Translations under genes and position numbers: made by a program
The notes under the pieces: model-generated
The model's database searches: none
Told to the model about the DNA's origin: nothing
The model's input: the letters and a program-made list of their open reading frames with translations, nothing else
Source: Octopus vulgaris
Lineage: Eukaryota
DNA: 64,000 nt
Assembly: GCA_951406725.2 (NCBI GenBank)
Contig: OX597819.1
Span: 121,644,001-121,708,000, forward strand
Direction of reading: 5' to 3'
Shown: positions 39,800-53,231 of the stretch, in pieces
How positions within the stretch are numbered: the stretch's first letter is position 1
Layout: each line of letters opens with the position of its first letter

Positions 39800-40340
39800 C
39801 ACACACACACAAGCATACATACATATACCTCCCCAGACACACACACACACACACACACATACACACAAGCCACTAGCACATAAACACACACAAGCATATG
39901 CATCTTAAACATATACCCACCTAGACACATACATACACACGTAAACACACAAAAACACATACAAGCATACACATCTTATACATATCTATACTTCATCAGA
40001 CACACACACACACCACTTGCACATTAACACACACAAACACACACACACACACACACGCACAAGCATACACATCTTATACATACATATACCCACCTAGACA
40101 CACATACACAAGTCACTTGCACATAAACACACACAAAGACACACACACAAGCATACACATCTTATACATACTTATACCCACCTAGACGCATACACACATA
40201 AACCACATGAACATAAACACACACAAACACACACACACAAGCATACCCATCTTATACTTACGTATACTCACCTAGATACACACACACACACACACGAGCT
40301 ACTTTTACACACACATGCACACTCACACACACACACAAAC
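39800..40340. repeat. Imperfect CA-derived minisatellite (roughly 70-100 bp units)
   Basis: CAAGCATACACATCTTATAC...CCCACCTAGACAC recurs about five times. Confidence 0.8.
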
Positions 40341-41577
40341 GTGCTGTACACCTTATCACACACAAAAGCCACCCACACACAAACACCCCACACGTTCATG
40401 TTAAAGAAAGATAAGACAGTTTTTATTTCCATTCAGGAGTTTTAGGTTCATTTCCTACTGAGGGCATTGCAGATGCACTTTGCCCTGGGACAGTGCCTGA
40501 CTACTTTTCATTTGATCTCTGTCTAAACTAATGCAAGAAACATTGGATTTACTTTCATCTGGAGTGTGAAAGAGCCTGGTCTAGTGGTTAGAGTGTTGTG
40601 CCCATGATCATAAGATTGTGGTTTCGATTCTCACACCAGGCAGAGTGTTGTATTTCTGAGCTAAACACTTCGTTTCCACATGGCTCCAGTTCGCTCAGCC
40701 ATGAGCTGGTCACCCTGTGACACACTGGCATTTTGCTCGGGCAGAATGTAATCTCAGTCACTTATCGTCATTATCATCATCATCATCATCATCATCATCT
40801 TTATCATCATGGTCATCATCATCATGATCGTCATTGTTGTCATCATCATCATCATCATCAGCATCATCATCTGATGTCTGTTTTCCATGCTGTCATGGGT
40901 CATACGGTTTGACCGGAACTGACAAGGCCAAAAGCCCAACCAGGTTCCATTGTCTGTTGTGGCATGGTTTCCACAGCTTGATGCCCTTCCCAACGTCAAC
41001 CACTTTACTGACTGTACTGGGGGATTTTTATGAGGCACCGGCTCCAGTGCTTTTTACATCGCACCAGCACTTATAAGCCATGGAGACAAGTTGTAGTAAA
41101 ACACATTTATCCAAGGTGCCATGTAGTGAGATTGAACCCAGAGCTATGCACTTGAAAAACAAGATTTTTATCACACACCACACCTGCACCTCATGTATAC
41201 CAGTGTATACTTTTCTAACACAGTTAGGACTTGATTTGATGGAATTTACCTGCTATTTCTAGCCTGTCATATGACCACCTACACAGGCTCCCCTCCTCCT
41301 CTCTGGCGCTGTAGTACGGATTTAATTGGTGTGCCATTCCATAGAGTTGTTGTTTTACATAAATGAGCAGCTGCTTGGGAAAGAAAGTTTGCCTGACTTT
41401 GGAAAAGAAATCTAGCCTTTGGAATGGCGTCTTGACTATTTGAAGAATGCGTGGTCTCCATGCAAGGTTATCAGAGATTGTGAAATATAACATTTGCTAG
41501 GAGTGTGCTACACGTGAATATATGAATGCATTACGAATACATCTGTGTGTATATGTGTATATATGTGTATGTCTCTC

Positions 41578-41616
<39 letters not shown>

Positions 41617-41828
41617 CTCTCTCTCTCTCTCACACACACACACACATATATATATATACATACATGTGTGTGTGTATATATATATGTATATATATATACA
41701 CACACACACATATATGTATGTATGTCTATACATATGTATATATATATATACATATATATATATGTATATGTGTGCATATATATATATATGTGTGTGTGTG
41801 TGTATATATATATATACATATATACATA

Positions 41829-41905
<77 letters not shown>

Positions 41906-41961
41906 GTGTATATATATATACACATACATATATACATATGTATATATATATATATATATAC

Positions 41962-42009
<48 letters not shown>

Positions 42010-42455
42010 ATATATATAGATATATGTGTGTGTGTATATATATATACATACATATATACATATATATACATGTATACATACATATTTATATATACACATA
42101 TATATACATATGGATACATATATATAATTTACGTATGTATGCATATGTATATAAGTTAGTATGTATACATGTTTATACATGTGTGTATATGTATTTAAGT
42201 GTGGTTGTATGTAAGTGTGTACATGTGTTCATTCGTCTTTATGGGCATCCGTGTGTGTCTGTCTGTGTGTCTTCTCACTTATATTTATATCTGCACATGT
42301 ACTCACACATAGACACACACACACACACATGCATGAACATATATAGACATATCTACAAATATATCTATACACATTTGTATACATGGAAGGTTATATATGA
42401 TTATATACCCACTCACACATGTGCACACACACACACATATATACACATGTATGTG

Positions 42456-42502
<47 letters not shown>

Positions 42503-42563
42503 ATTACTGAGTATGTACACACTCATATATTTAAATACACATCAACATGCACATATGTACATG

Positions 42564-42620
<57 letters not shown>

Positions 42621-42805
42621 GTATCTCTTAGGACATCAGTGAAGTACAGGCCAGATGTATGTAAAATGTCTCTATCAAAAAATGTTATCAAAAAGCCTAC
42701 ATAATCCTATAATCTAGTCTAGGTTTTAGTTGAGACAATTAGAGGTCTGACTAGTCAGAGATAGATATCAAATATGAAACATCTGTGTCTGTCCGTCTAC
42801 CTAAC

Positions 42806-42945
<140 letters not shown>

Positions 42946-43917
42946 CCTGTCTGTCTACCTCTCTACATATCTGTCTGTCTACCTCTCTACATATCTGTCT
43001 TTGTATCTATCTATCTATCTTTCTATCTATCTCTCCATCCATCCATCCACCTACCTACTTACCTACTTACTTACCTATTTCTCTGTCTGTCTGCTTGTCT
43101 GTCTGTATGTGTGACTATCTGTGTACCTATTGCTTTGCTTCACTCCTCTCTATATGTGCCTATGTGTATGTACGTGTGTGTGTGTGTATGTAAATACTCT
43201 CACACAAATATTCATTGATCAGTCTATGCATGGCTGTCTAATGTATGTATATCATCATCATAATCCTCATCATTATCGTTTAACGTCCGTTTTCCATGCT
43301 AGCATGGGTTGGACAGTTTGACGAGTGTCTGGGAAGCCAGGAGGCTGCACCAGACTCCAGTTTGATCCAGCAGTGTTAATACAGCTGCATGCCCTTCCTA
43401 ATGCCAACCACTCCAACGACACACACATATGTATGTATGTGTTTATGTATGTATCTATGTATGTATGTATATTTGTATGTATGTATGTGTTTTATGTATG
43501 TATGTATGTATGTATGTATGTATGTATGTATGTATGTATGTATATATGTATGGGTTTATATATACAGACACACACGCATACCCACACACTCACACTCAAC
43601 CTTCAATTACCAGCACTTTTAAATGTTAAAATGCTTTTATAAAACATATTTAACGAGTCCTTCACTTCACCCTATGACCCAAGTTGTGTTTTATTTGGAA
43701 GATTATCCTATGGCAAGACTTATACCATGAGAAATACGTGATGTATTTAAATTCATCAGTAAATCTACACACACACACACAAACACAAACATGGAAACAC
43801 ACAAATACACACACACACACACACATGTATGTACATCTATTTATGTATATATGTTTGTATTCGTGTATATATGTATATCTATCTGTCTAATAACTGAAGG
43901 TTTTCCAAAATTTAAGT

Positions 43918-43958
<41 letters not shown>

Positions 43959-44010
43959 TAATTTCAACAATATTAAGGAATTCCTTAATATTGTTGAAAT
44001 TATATATATA

Positions 44011-44290
44011 CAGGCGCAGGGGTGGCTGTGTGGTAAGTAACTTGCTAACCAACCACACGGTTGCGGGTTCAGTCCCACTGTGTGGCATCTTGGGCAAGTG
44101 TCTTCTGCTATAGCCCCGGGCCGACCAATGCCTTGTGAGTGGATTTGGTAGACGGAAACTGAAAGAAGCCTGGCGAAAAATTTTTCATGAATTTTTTGCT
44201 ACCCTTATATTATTTCTTTATATTAAAAATTTTTATGTATTGATTAAGTCTTTCCTTGTTTGTTTTGCAAAATAGTGGTTTTGTCTCAAA

Positions 44291-44328
<38 letters not shown>

Positions 44329-44697
44329 GCAGGAGTGGGTGTGTGGTAAAAAACTTGCTTCCCAGCCACATGGTTCTGGGTTCAGTCCCACTGCATTGCA
44401 CCTTAGACACGTATCTTCTACTATAGCCTTAGCTGATGGAAACTGAAAGAAGCCTGTCATATATGTGTGTGCGCGCGCGTGCATGCGTATGTGTCTGTGT
44501 GTGTGTGTTTGTTCCTCCACCATCACTTGACACCCGGTGTTGGTGTGTTTACATCCCCATAATTTAGCAGTTCAGCAAAAGAAAATGATACAATAACTAC
44601 TAGGCTTACAAGGAATAAGACCTGGGTTCGATTTTTTCGACTAAAAGCAGTGCTCCAGCATGGCTGCAGTCAAATGACTGAAACATGTAAAAGAATA
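44011..44697 (+). mobile_element. SINE family A: half copy (44011-44175) and near-full copy (44325-44697)
   Basis: Colinear with other family A copies. Confidence 0.85.
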
Positions 44698-44719
44698 CAT
44701 GTACATAAGAAGAACTCTT

Positions 44720-45380
44720 TGAAATGATTATGAAATGAACCTTTTGGAAGAAATTCTGTATTGTGCATCAGCACTTACACCGTTTACAACTTTTCAGTGA
44801 CGTATCTTTGATTTGTTGTTTATGTATTCTAACCCATTTGGTAGATATAATCCTCATTGCGTTGTGAGAATGTGATGCAGTAAAATTAGAGTTTTTTGTT
44901 TTGCAATTCATTTTTGCATTAATCTTCAATTTCTTCCATTCTTGAATTTTGGGGTTGTCCCCCGTTCAATTATTTCTCCTGTCTCACAACAAAGGTCTCT
45001 TGTTATTTGTTCCTTGCATTATTTCTTCTTGAGATATGAACTTAGTCTTCATTGAGAGTCTTTTAAGTTCAGGTGATTGTCTTTGACTGTAAATAATTAG
45101 TAATTATTTTTATGAGATTTAATGACTGACATTGAATTGAAAGGCATTTATTGGCTATTTGTACGTTTTTATGGTTTCTAGGATTATGGCTGATTACAAA
45201 AGGAATACTTATGTTTGTGTTTTTGTTCTCATCCTCATTGAAAGGGTTTCTCTGTAAGACAGAGATTACAATCTCTTTTACCTTAGCTAAGGCATAATTT
45301 AGTAAGTTTTTTTATATTTGTGTTTCTAAAGGAATATACTGAATTCTACCAAAAAATATTCCAGTGAGGGATTAGAGAAT
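44720..45380 (-). mobile_element. Degraded Penelope-like element ORF remnant (linker plus GIY-YIG endonuclease)
   Basis: Minus-strand fragments IPFVISHNPRNH, SQRQSPELKRL, KINAKMNCKTKN..YCIT..EDYI and RIHKQQIKD appear in the order expected for PLE proteins. Many frameshifts. Confidence 0.6.
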
Positions 45381-45976
45381 TAGGAAATTAGTTAGCAGAT
45401 TACCATCTCCATTTGTAGTACTGGATAGGTTACAAGAGTGGCAGTGGTGGTGATGGTGGGTCTCCATCATTTGGACAATTAGGATTCTGTTGTTTGATCT
45501 CAACCTGCTTCTGAATGAATGTGTATACGACTGCGTTTTCCACAGACACATGAACCCCTGACGCAATTCTTGAGTAGAAGCAGTAAGACACAAAGCACGA
45601 CAAGGCTGTACATTTTGAATTGTAAGAGCTATCACCTATTTGGTGGGATGCTGTATAGTTTTCATCTTCGCTCAACAGCAAACACAAGGCTATGAAAAAA
45701 GTAACATTTTCTGAAGATTTCACACAATTGCATCAAATCGAACATCTTGTGGTTCAATTCAAACTTCTTGACCATTCAACCATATTGCGCCTAAGCTACA
45801 AGATGACAAACCAGAAAAGACAAATGATTATAAAGGCAGAGAGGAGCCCCTTTGGTCAGGTTTTACCTGCCTATTATCAGGCCTAATGCTATAAAAAAGT
45901 GACATTTTCTCAAAATACTTCACAGTTGGATCAAATCTTGCATTTCATAAATAAACTTAACTATTCTATATGTCTG

Positions 45977-46162
45977 GTACTCCACACTTTGGTACTGTAA
46001 TATAGTACCACACATATAGTTCTCCACACTTTGGTACTGTAATCTAGTACCACACATATAGTACTCCACACTTTGGTACTGTAATCTAGTACCACACATA
46101 TTGTATCCCACACTTTGGTACTGTAATCTAGTACCACCCACATAGTACTCCTTCACTTTGGT
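45977..46162. repeat. 42-bp minisatellite, ~4.4 copies
   Basis: CACTTTGGT recurs at 45985, 46027, 46069, 46111 and 46154. Confidence 0.9.
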
Positions 46163-47247
46163 TTCAAACTCAAAGCTATAGAAAGTGACATGTTTCTAAA
46201 AAGCCTTTGGATCAAACATGGTTGTGAGGTAAACTTAACGATTCAGCTATGTTGTATCAGTGGCACAAGATTATAAACCAAAGTATATCACTCTTTATAA
46301 TGACAGAGGGCGGGGGGGCTCCCCCTATTGTACTACTGTTCTTTTTGCTTTTCAGGGAATGATTTAATCTATCACCCCGTTTAATACCACCATTTGGCAC
46401 TTGGGTGCTTTAGTCACATTCACTCTATTTTAAGCATTCAAGTTAGGTCCTTACTCTCAGTATGTCTTCCTTGATCCCGCCAACCCATCTTGGAGGTCCT
46501 GAACTGTATTCGGAACACTACCATTCCTCCTCTGACTAAGACATTGGAGAGGAAAAAAATCCTCATAAAACAAAAAGCCAAATCTTAAAATAAGTGGGAA
46601 TAAATATTGCACTGTCTTTAAAGCAAACCCCCAAAATTTGAGATTTTTTTAATGATAAAATATTTGCTGGGAAGCTGAAGAAGGTCCAGCTTTGATAGAA
46701 AGAAGGGCATTGTTTACAAGCAACCACTAAATCTTAGATTTGTTTTCTGATAAAATATTTGCTAATAGCAGTAGCGATGATGGCGGCAGTGGTGGTGGTG
46801 GTAGTGGTGGTGGTGGCGGCGGCGCCAGCAGATTGTGTAGCGGGTCGTGGTTGCAGTGGTGGTAGTTGTGGTGGTAGTTGTAGTGGTGGTGGCATTGGTG
46901 AAGGAGGACATTGTCAGTTTTATCTCAGTTGTGTATAAGAAACCTAGTTTTTGTTGGTTGGTTGTGGCCTTAGCTGTTCTAAGATAAGCCTTATCTTACG
47001 AGATGATAACATCACTTTGGGAGGACAGAGATACCCATGTAATCATTTACCACAATGATGTCATTGTGCAGAGGTCACCTTCCTCTTCTTCTCCTTTTCC
47101 CTCTCCTCCTCCTCCTCCTCCTCTTCCTGCCCTTGCTAACCCTCCTCCACCTCTCCCCGCCCCCAAGCTCCTCCTCCTCCACCTCCCTCCTTGTCTTTCA
47201 CAAGGCATGTTTCTCACAAAGCTGTTAAAGCTCTAAGACCTTCTATG

Positions 47248-47632
<385 letters not shown>

Positions 47633-48526
47633 TATGGGTGACTCATTCTGTTACAACAGTCTTTTCTGATTGTCACACACAGTCATTGTAAAATAAATGT
47701 CTCCATTCTTATATTTATATCAAAAACCAAACACAAAATAAAAGAAAAAAAACACCTTTGCACTTTTATACCATTTTTTCAAAAATTATTTTCTTTTATT
47801 TCTTAAAGTCTCATTTCTATGGTTTGTTCAGTTTTACATTATTTTGTCCATTTTTTTCTGTGCTGGTATGGGTTAGAGGAGACATGCTGGGACAGATTTC
47901 ACAATGAAACAATGCTCTCTATTTCTCTCTCTCTCACAAACACATACAACACCTACACACATGCACACAAATACATACACACATCTATACATACATATAT
48001 ATACATGCATGGAGTACATACATGTAGTACATGTTGTAAAAATGGTTGGCATTAGGAAGGGTACCCAGCTGTAGACATTATGCCAAAGTGGACATTGGAG
48101 CTCACTGGAATGAGCACAAGTCTTTCTACTCAAACCATCCAAGCCAAGCCAGCATGTATGTATGTATGTATGTATGTATGTATGTATGTGTGTGTGTATG
48201 TATGTGTGTATGTGTATGTATGTGTATGTATGTATGTATGTGTGTATGTATGTATGTATGTATGTGTGTATGTATGTATGTATGTATGTATGTATGTGTA
48301 TGTATGTATGAATGTATGTATGTATATTTGTTAGTACCCTTAATTATTAAATGATAATTTTTCAACGTTATAGGTTTCTTAAGCATGCTAAAACCACTGA
48401 TATTACTATAAGCAATAATATCCTCATATATATATTTATATACATACATACATATATATATATATTTATACATATATATGCATATATATGTATATATGTA
48501 TATATATATAAATATATGCATATAAC

Positions 48527-48559
<33 letters not shown>

Positions 48560-48694
48560 ATACACACACACACACACATACATACATAAACATATATATA
48601 TGCATACATACACAGATGTGAGTGTGTGCGTGTTGTATATATATACACATGATGATGATGATACATACATATATACATGCGTATAACTATACAT

Positions 48695-48750
<56 letters not shown>

Positions 48751-49189
48751 ATACACACATATATACATACATACATACATAAACATATATATATATATGC
48801 ATATATACACAGATATGAGTGTGAGGGTGTGTGTGTACCCATCCACCTGTCCATATACTAGATACCAAGGGCAAAAATGCAGTGAGTTGATAGTAGACAT
48901 AGATAAAGGAGTGAGAGGTTGGGACTTCTCTGATGAGAAGAGAACAGAAGCATAATGATAAAATCTAGGGACGGTCGCTCACTAATCTATCTATCCACCT
49001 GTCCACCTATGCTCCAGAATGGTAAAAACAGCTGTTAAGATGATCACGGAATCAGTAATGAAATTCTCAATGGAATTGTTGTTGCCAACTCTTTATATAT
49101 CTTTTAACCACTTTAGTTAATATAATCTACCTTTTTCCATACCAACCCTGCTGTGACCTCTCTTGGTTCTCTGATACAAACTTCCTCCC

Positions 49190-49820
49190 AAGGCACAGGG
49201 ATGGCTATGTGGTTACAAGTTTGCCTCTCAACCACATGGTTCTGGGTTCAGTCCCATTGCATGACACCTTGGGCAAGTGTCTTTTAGTATAGCCACAGGC
49301 CAACCAAAGCCTTGTGAATGGATTTGGTAGACAGAAACTGAAAGAAGGCGAGCTGGCAGAAATGTTAGTACGCCAGGTGAAATGCTAAGTGGTATTTCAT
49401 CTGCTGCTACGTTCTGAGTTCAAATTCCACCGAGGTTGACTTGGCCTTTCATCCTTTCGGGGGTTATACCAGTTACGCACTGGGGTTGATGTAATCAACT
49501 TAATCCCTTTGTTTGTCCTTGTTTGTCCTCGTAATAAAGAAATAAGAAACTGAAAGAAGCCCGTGTTTGTGTGTGTGTGTGTGTCTGTCTGTGTGTGTGT
49601 GCGTGTGTGTGTTGCTCCAAGCACCAGTGCTTCACAACAAATGTTGGTGTGTTTATGTCCCTGTAACTTAGTGATTGGCAAAAGAGATTGATAGAATAAG
49701 TATTAAGTTTTTTTTTTTAAATAATCACTAGGGATCAATACATTCAAACAAAATTCCTCAAAGCAGTGCTCTAGTATGGCCACAGTCTAATGACTGAAAC
49801 AAGTAAAAGTTAAAAGATGA
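49190..49820 (+). mobile_element. SINE family A interrupted by a family B SINE
   Basis: B copy 49348-49544 is flanked by the 15-bp duplication AGAAACTGAAAGAAG (49333 and 49545). Confidence 0.85.
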
Positions 49821-50167
49821 AAAAAAATAAGCATAAACTTTCCATTAATAATGGCAAAACTAATTTACTAAATACTTCGTTATTTCTAAAATAAATTAAA
49901 ACAAAGGCAGGGTATTTAAACAGAAATATGGAAATAAAAGATTTACTCTTTTACTTGTTTCAGTCATTTGACTGTGGCCATGCTGGAGCAGCACCCTTAG
50001 TTGAGCAAATCAACCCATAGGACTTATTCTTTGTAAGCCTAGTACTTATTCTATCGGTCTCTTTTGCTGAACTGCTAAGTTACGGGGATGTAAACACACC
50101 AACATTGGTTGTCAAGTGATGTTGGAGGGACAAACATAGACAAACAAACACACACTATTATATATGT

Positions 50168-50425
50168 GGAGGCGCGTGGCTTAGTGGTTAGAGTTTCAGC
50201 ATCATGATCGTAAGATTGTGGTTTCGATTTCTGGACCGGGTGACGTGTTGTGTTCTTGAGCAAAACACTTCATTTCACGTTGCTCCAGTCCACTCAGCTG
50301 GCAAAAATGAGTAACGCTGCAATGGACTGACACCCTGTCCGGCTGGGGAACACATGCGCCACAGAAGTGGGGAAACCGGGAAACCAGGCCCATAAACCTG
50401 GCTAGGCTTTAAAAGGGTGCATTTA
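50168..50425 (+). mobile_element. tRNA-derived SINE family D
   Basis: TGGCTTAGTGG A box, GTTTCGATTTC B-box-like, TCTTGAGCAAAACACTT. Ends ~75 nt upstream of the 50500 acceptor. Confidence 0.75.
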
Positions 50426-50499
50426 TTATTTTTATTTTTAATACAAAAATATCGTAACACAAACATTAATGAATTTATTCTTTTTCTCTCTCTTTGCAG

Positions 50500-50757
50500 C
50501 CGGTCGTATTTGGTGCAAACTAATTGTAGATTTAATATCGGAATCGGCTCTTGTTGCCTCATTCACATTCCTATCCAGTAAGAGCCAATCTCCTAAGATT
50601 TATCCTGCTGGAGACAAAGAGAAAGCCTCTCCAACAACACCAATTTCAAGTCTACCTGCAGTCACTGGTGCTGCAGGTATTAAGAAGGAAGAATCGGACT
50701 GTTCCAAACATGCCATCAATCTACCAGGTTCCAATACAGAGATACCGGTTTTCTCCG
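50500..50757 (+). CDS. ush: FOG/U-shaped coding exon, end of PR-like domain plus linker
   Basis: Polypyrimidine tract with ttgcag|CC at 50499/50500 and donor G|gtaagt at 50757/50758. Phase 1-1. Encodes (A)GRIWCKLIVDLISESALVASF... Confidence 0.88.
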
Positions 50758-51111
50758 GTAAGTCGGTGTTTTAATTATCTTTCCCATTTCTCAGTAACTG
50801 ATTCGTTTCAAAGTGAAATAAAAATTATCAATTAATTCGTTTTAAAATGATTATTTTGTGGTTAAGATGTGATCGTGGGTTCGATCCTACTGTACGACAC
50901 TTTGGTCAAATGTCTTCTGTTATAGCTCCAAGCTGACCTGTTTCATAGGCAAAATTGAAAGAGCCTGGTGTGTGTGTGTCTTTGCTCTTGTGTTAGTCTC
51001 CCACCGCCACCTGATAACCAGGGCTGGTTTGTTTATGTTTCTGTCGCTTAGCTCTGATAGCATAAGCACTGGGATTGATTTGTTTGACTAACCCCTCAGA
51101 CCACTGTAATA

Positions 51112-51150
<39 letters not shown>

Positions 51151-51261
51151 AAGTAATATGTATGTGTGTGTGTGTGTGTGTGTGTTTGTATGTATATGTG
51201 TAAATGTGTGTATATATATATACACACACATCTATATTTATATGCATATATATATACATAC

Positions 51262-51342
<81 letters not shown>

Positions 51343-51477
51343 GAGAGAGTGTGAGAGAGAAGCAGATTGACAGACAGAAAGTGAGAGGGAGAGAGAGAGA
51401 GAGAGAGAAATGCGTTATTTCTTACATCACTTACTACTTTATTCACTTTATTTATTTTCCATTTAATCTTCTTGCAG

Positions 51478-51699
51478 CCCTTATTTACCAGTGCCCCTAC
51501 TGTGGTGTCCGTTTTAGCAAGCCCAGTACTTTAGAGGGTCACTTGCTCTACTACTGCTCCAAGAAACCTACTCCATCCAACCCCACCCCCGCCGCTGCCG
51601 CCAGCAGCAACGTTTTGACATCGAATGATGCGGCCGGTGGCAACAGCACCTTGTTACCTCACAGTAACGTGAAGAAGAGAGAGAGGAAACCCAGTGCAG
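51478..51699 (+). CDS. ush: FOG/U-shaped coding exon with first CCHC FOG-type zinc finger
   Basis: cttgcag|CC acceptor and G|gtatgt donor. Phase 1-1. Encodes CPYCGVRFSKPSTLEGHLLYYC (C-X2-C-X12-H-X4-C). Confidence 0.92.
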
Positions 51700-53231
51700 G
51701 TATGTCTTTGCAATTAATTATATCTAATTAAGGAGAGGGATTGGGGTCGCGAGAAGGAGTGGCGAATGGCCAGAATCATTAGCACATCATCATTATCATC
51801 GGCGTGGGCATGGCTGTGTGGTTAGGGAGCTTGCTTCCTAGCTACATGGTTTCGGGGGTTCAGTCCTACTGCGTGGAACTTTGGGCAGGTGTCTTCCACT
51901 ATAGCTCCGAGTCGACCGAAGCTTTGTGATTGAATTCGGTAGGCGGAAGTTACTGCCGTGTGTGTATATGTACGTGTAAGTGCTCAGTGCCTCTCTGAAA
52001 GAGAGAGAGGGAAGGAGAGGGATTGGGGTCGGGAGAAAGAGTGGCGAATGGCCAGAATCGTTGGCACATCATCATCATCATCATCATCATTTAACATCTG
52101 TTGTCCATACCGGCATGGGTTGGACGGTTTGACTGGACTGGCACACTAGAAAGCTGTACCAGGCTCCAGTCTGATATGACATGGTTTTCTACAGCTGGAT
52201 GCCCTTCCTAATGCCAACCACTCCGACAGTGTAATGAGTGCTTTTATGTGCCACTGGCACAGGTGCCATTTGTGTGACACTGGTATCTGCGATGACTACA
52301 ATTTTGCTCGGCTTCATGGATCTTCTTATCAAGCACAACATGATGCCAAAGGTCTCGGTCATTGCCTCCATGAGGCCCAACACTTGAAAGGAGCTTGGTC
52401 CCTTTGCCTCCATGAGGCCCAATGCTCAAAGGGATCTCAGCCACCTCACCTCTGTGAGGCCCAGCAATAAGCTTAGTGACATTTCATCCACCTTTTAGAT
52501 TCTGAGTTCAAATTCTGCCAAGGTTGACTTTGCCTTTCATGCTTTTTGGGTCAATAAAATAAGTACCAGTCAAGCAACTTATGCTAAAACTTGAAACCAA
52601 TAAAGGAGAAGAGCAAAGGTGCATGGCCTTGTGCTCAGGTGCTGCACTCACGATCACAAAATCATGGTTCCAGTTTTGCTTTCCATTCTTTAAGGGTTGG
52701 TAAAATAGAGATATCACCAGTAGCACGTAAAAGCACCCTGGTGTCACGCAAATGGCACCCTTGCCGGTGGCACACAAAAGCACCTATTACACTGTCAGAG
52801 TGGTTGGTGTTAGGAAGGGCATCCAGCCGTAGAAAACCATGCCAAATCAGACTGGAGTCTGATGCAGCCTTCCAGCGGGCCAACCCTGGTCAAACCATCC
52901 AACACATGACAGCATGGACAACGCATGTTAAGTGATGATGATGATTCCAAGACATATGTATGATTCTTATCTATAATGGAGAAACAGTTGCTTCACACAC
53001 ATACACGTGCATGCACACACACACATGTGCATGTGCACACGCGTATGCATTTATTTGAAATCAAAATTAGGGCCCTCATGTGATTAGTAAACCTTCACCA
53101 AACACACACTACAACTTTGCTATATCGAATTCAAGACTAATCTATTTTTCATGACTGTATGTCAGTTGAAACTAAACAATTAAAATGTATTAATTATCAC
53201 CGTAATTAATTATTTCATCTATTTGTTGCAG

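Noticed and set aside
45920-46156. Minus-strand ORF with a 14-aa repeat (CGTRLQYQSVEYYM)
   Set aside because: By-product of the 42-bp minisatellite, with no other coding evidence.
50168-50245. Possible tRNA gene (also at 13550 and 9281)
   Set aside because: A and B boxes are present but there is no intact cloverleaf, and each continues into a repeat body, so these are SINE heads.
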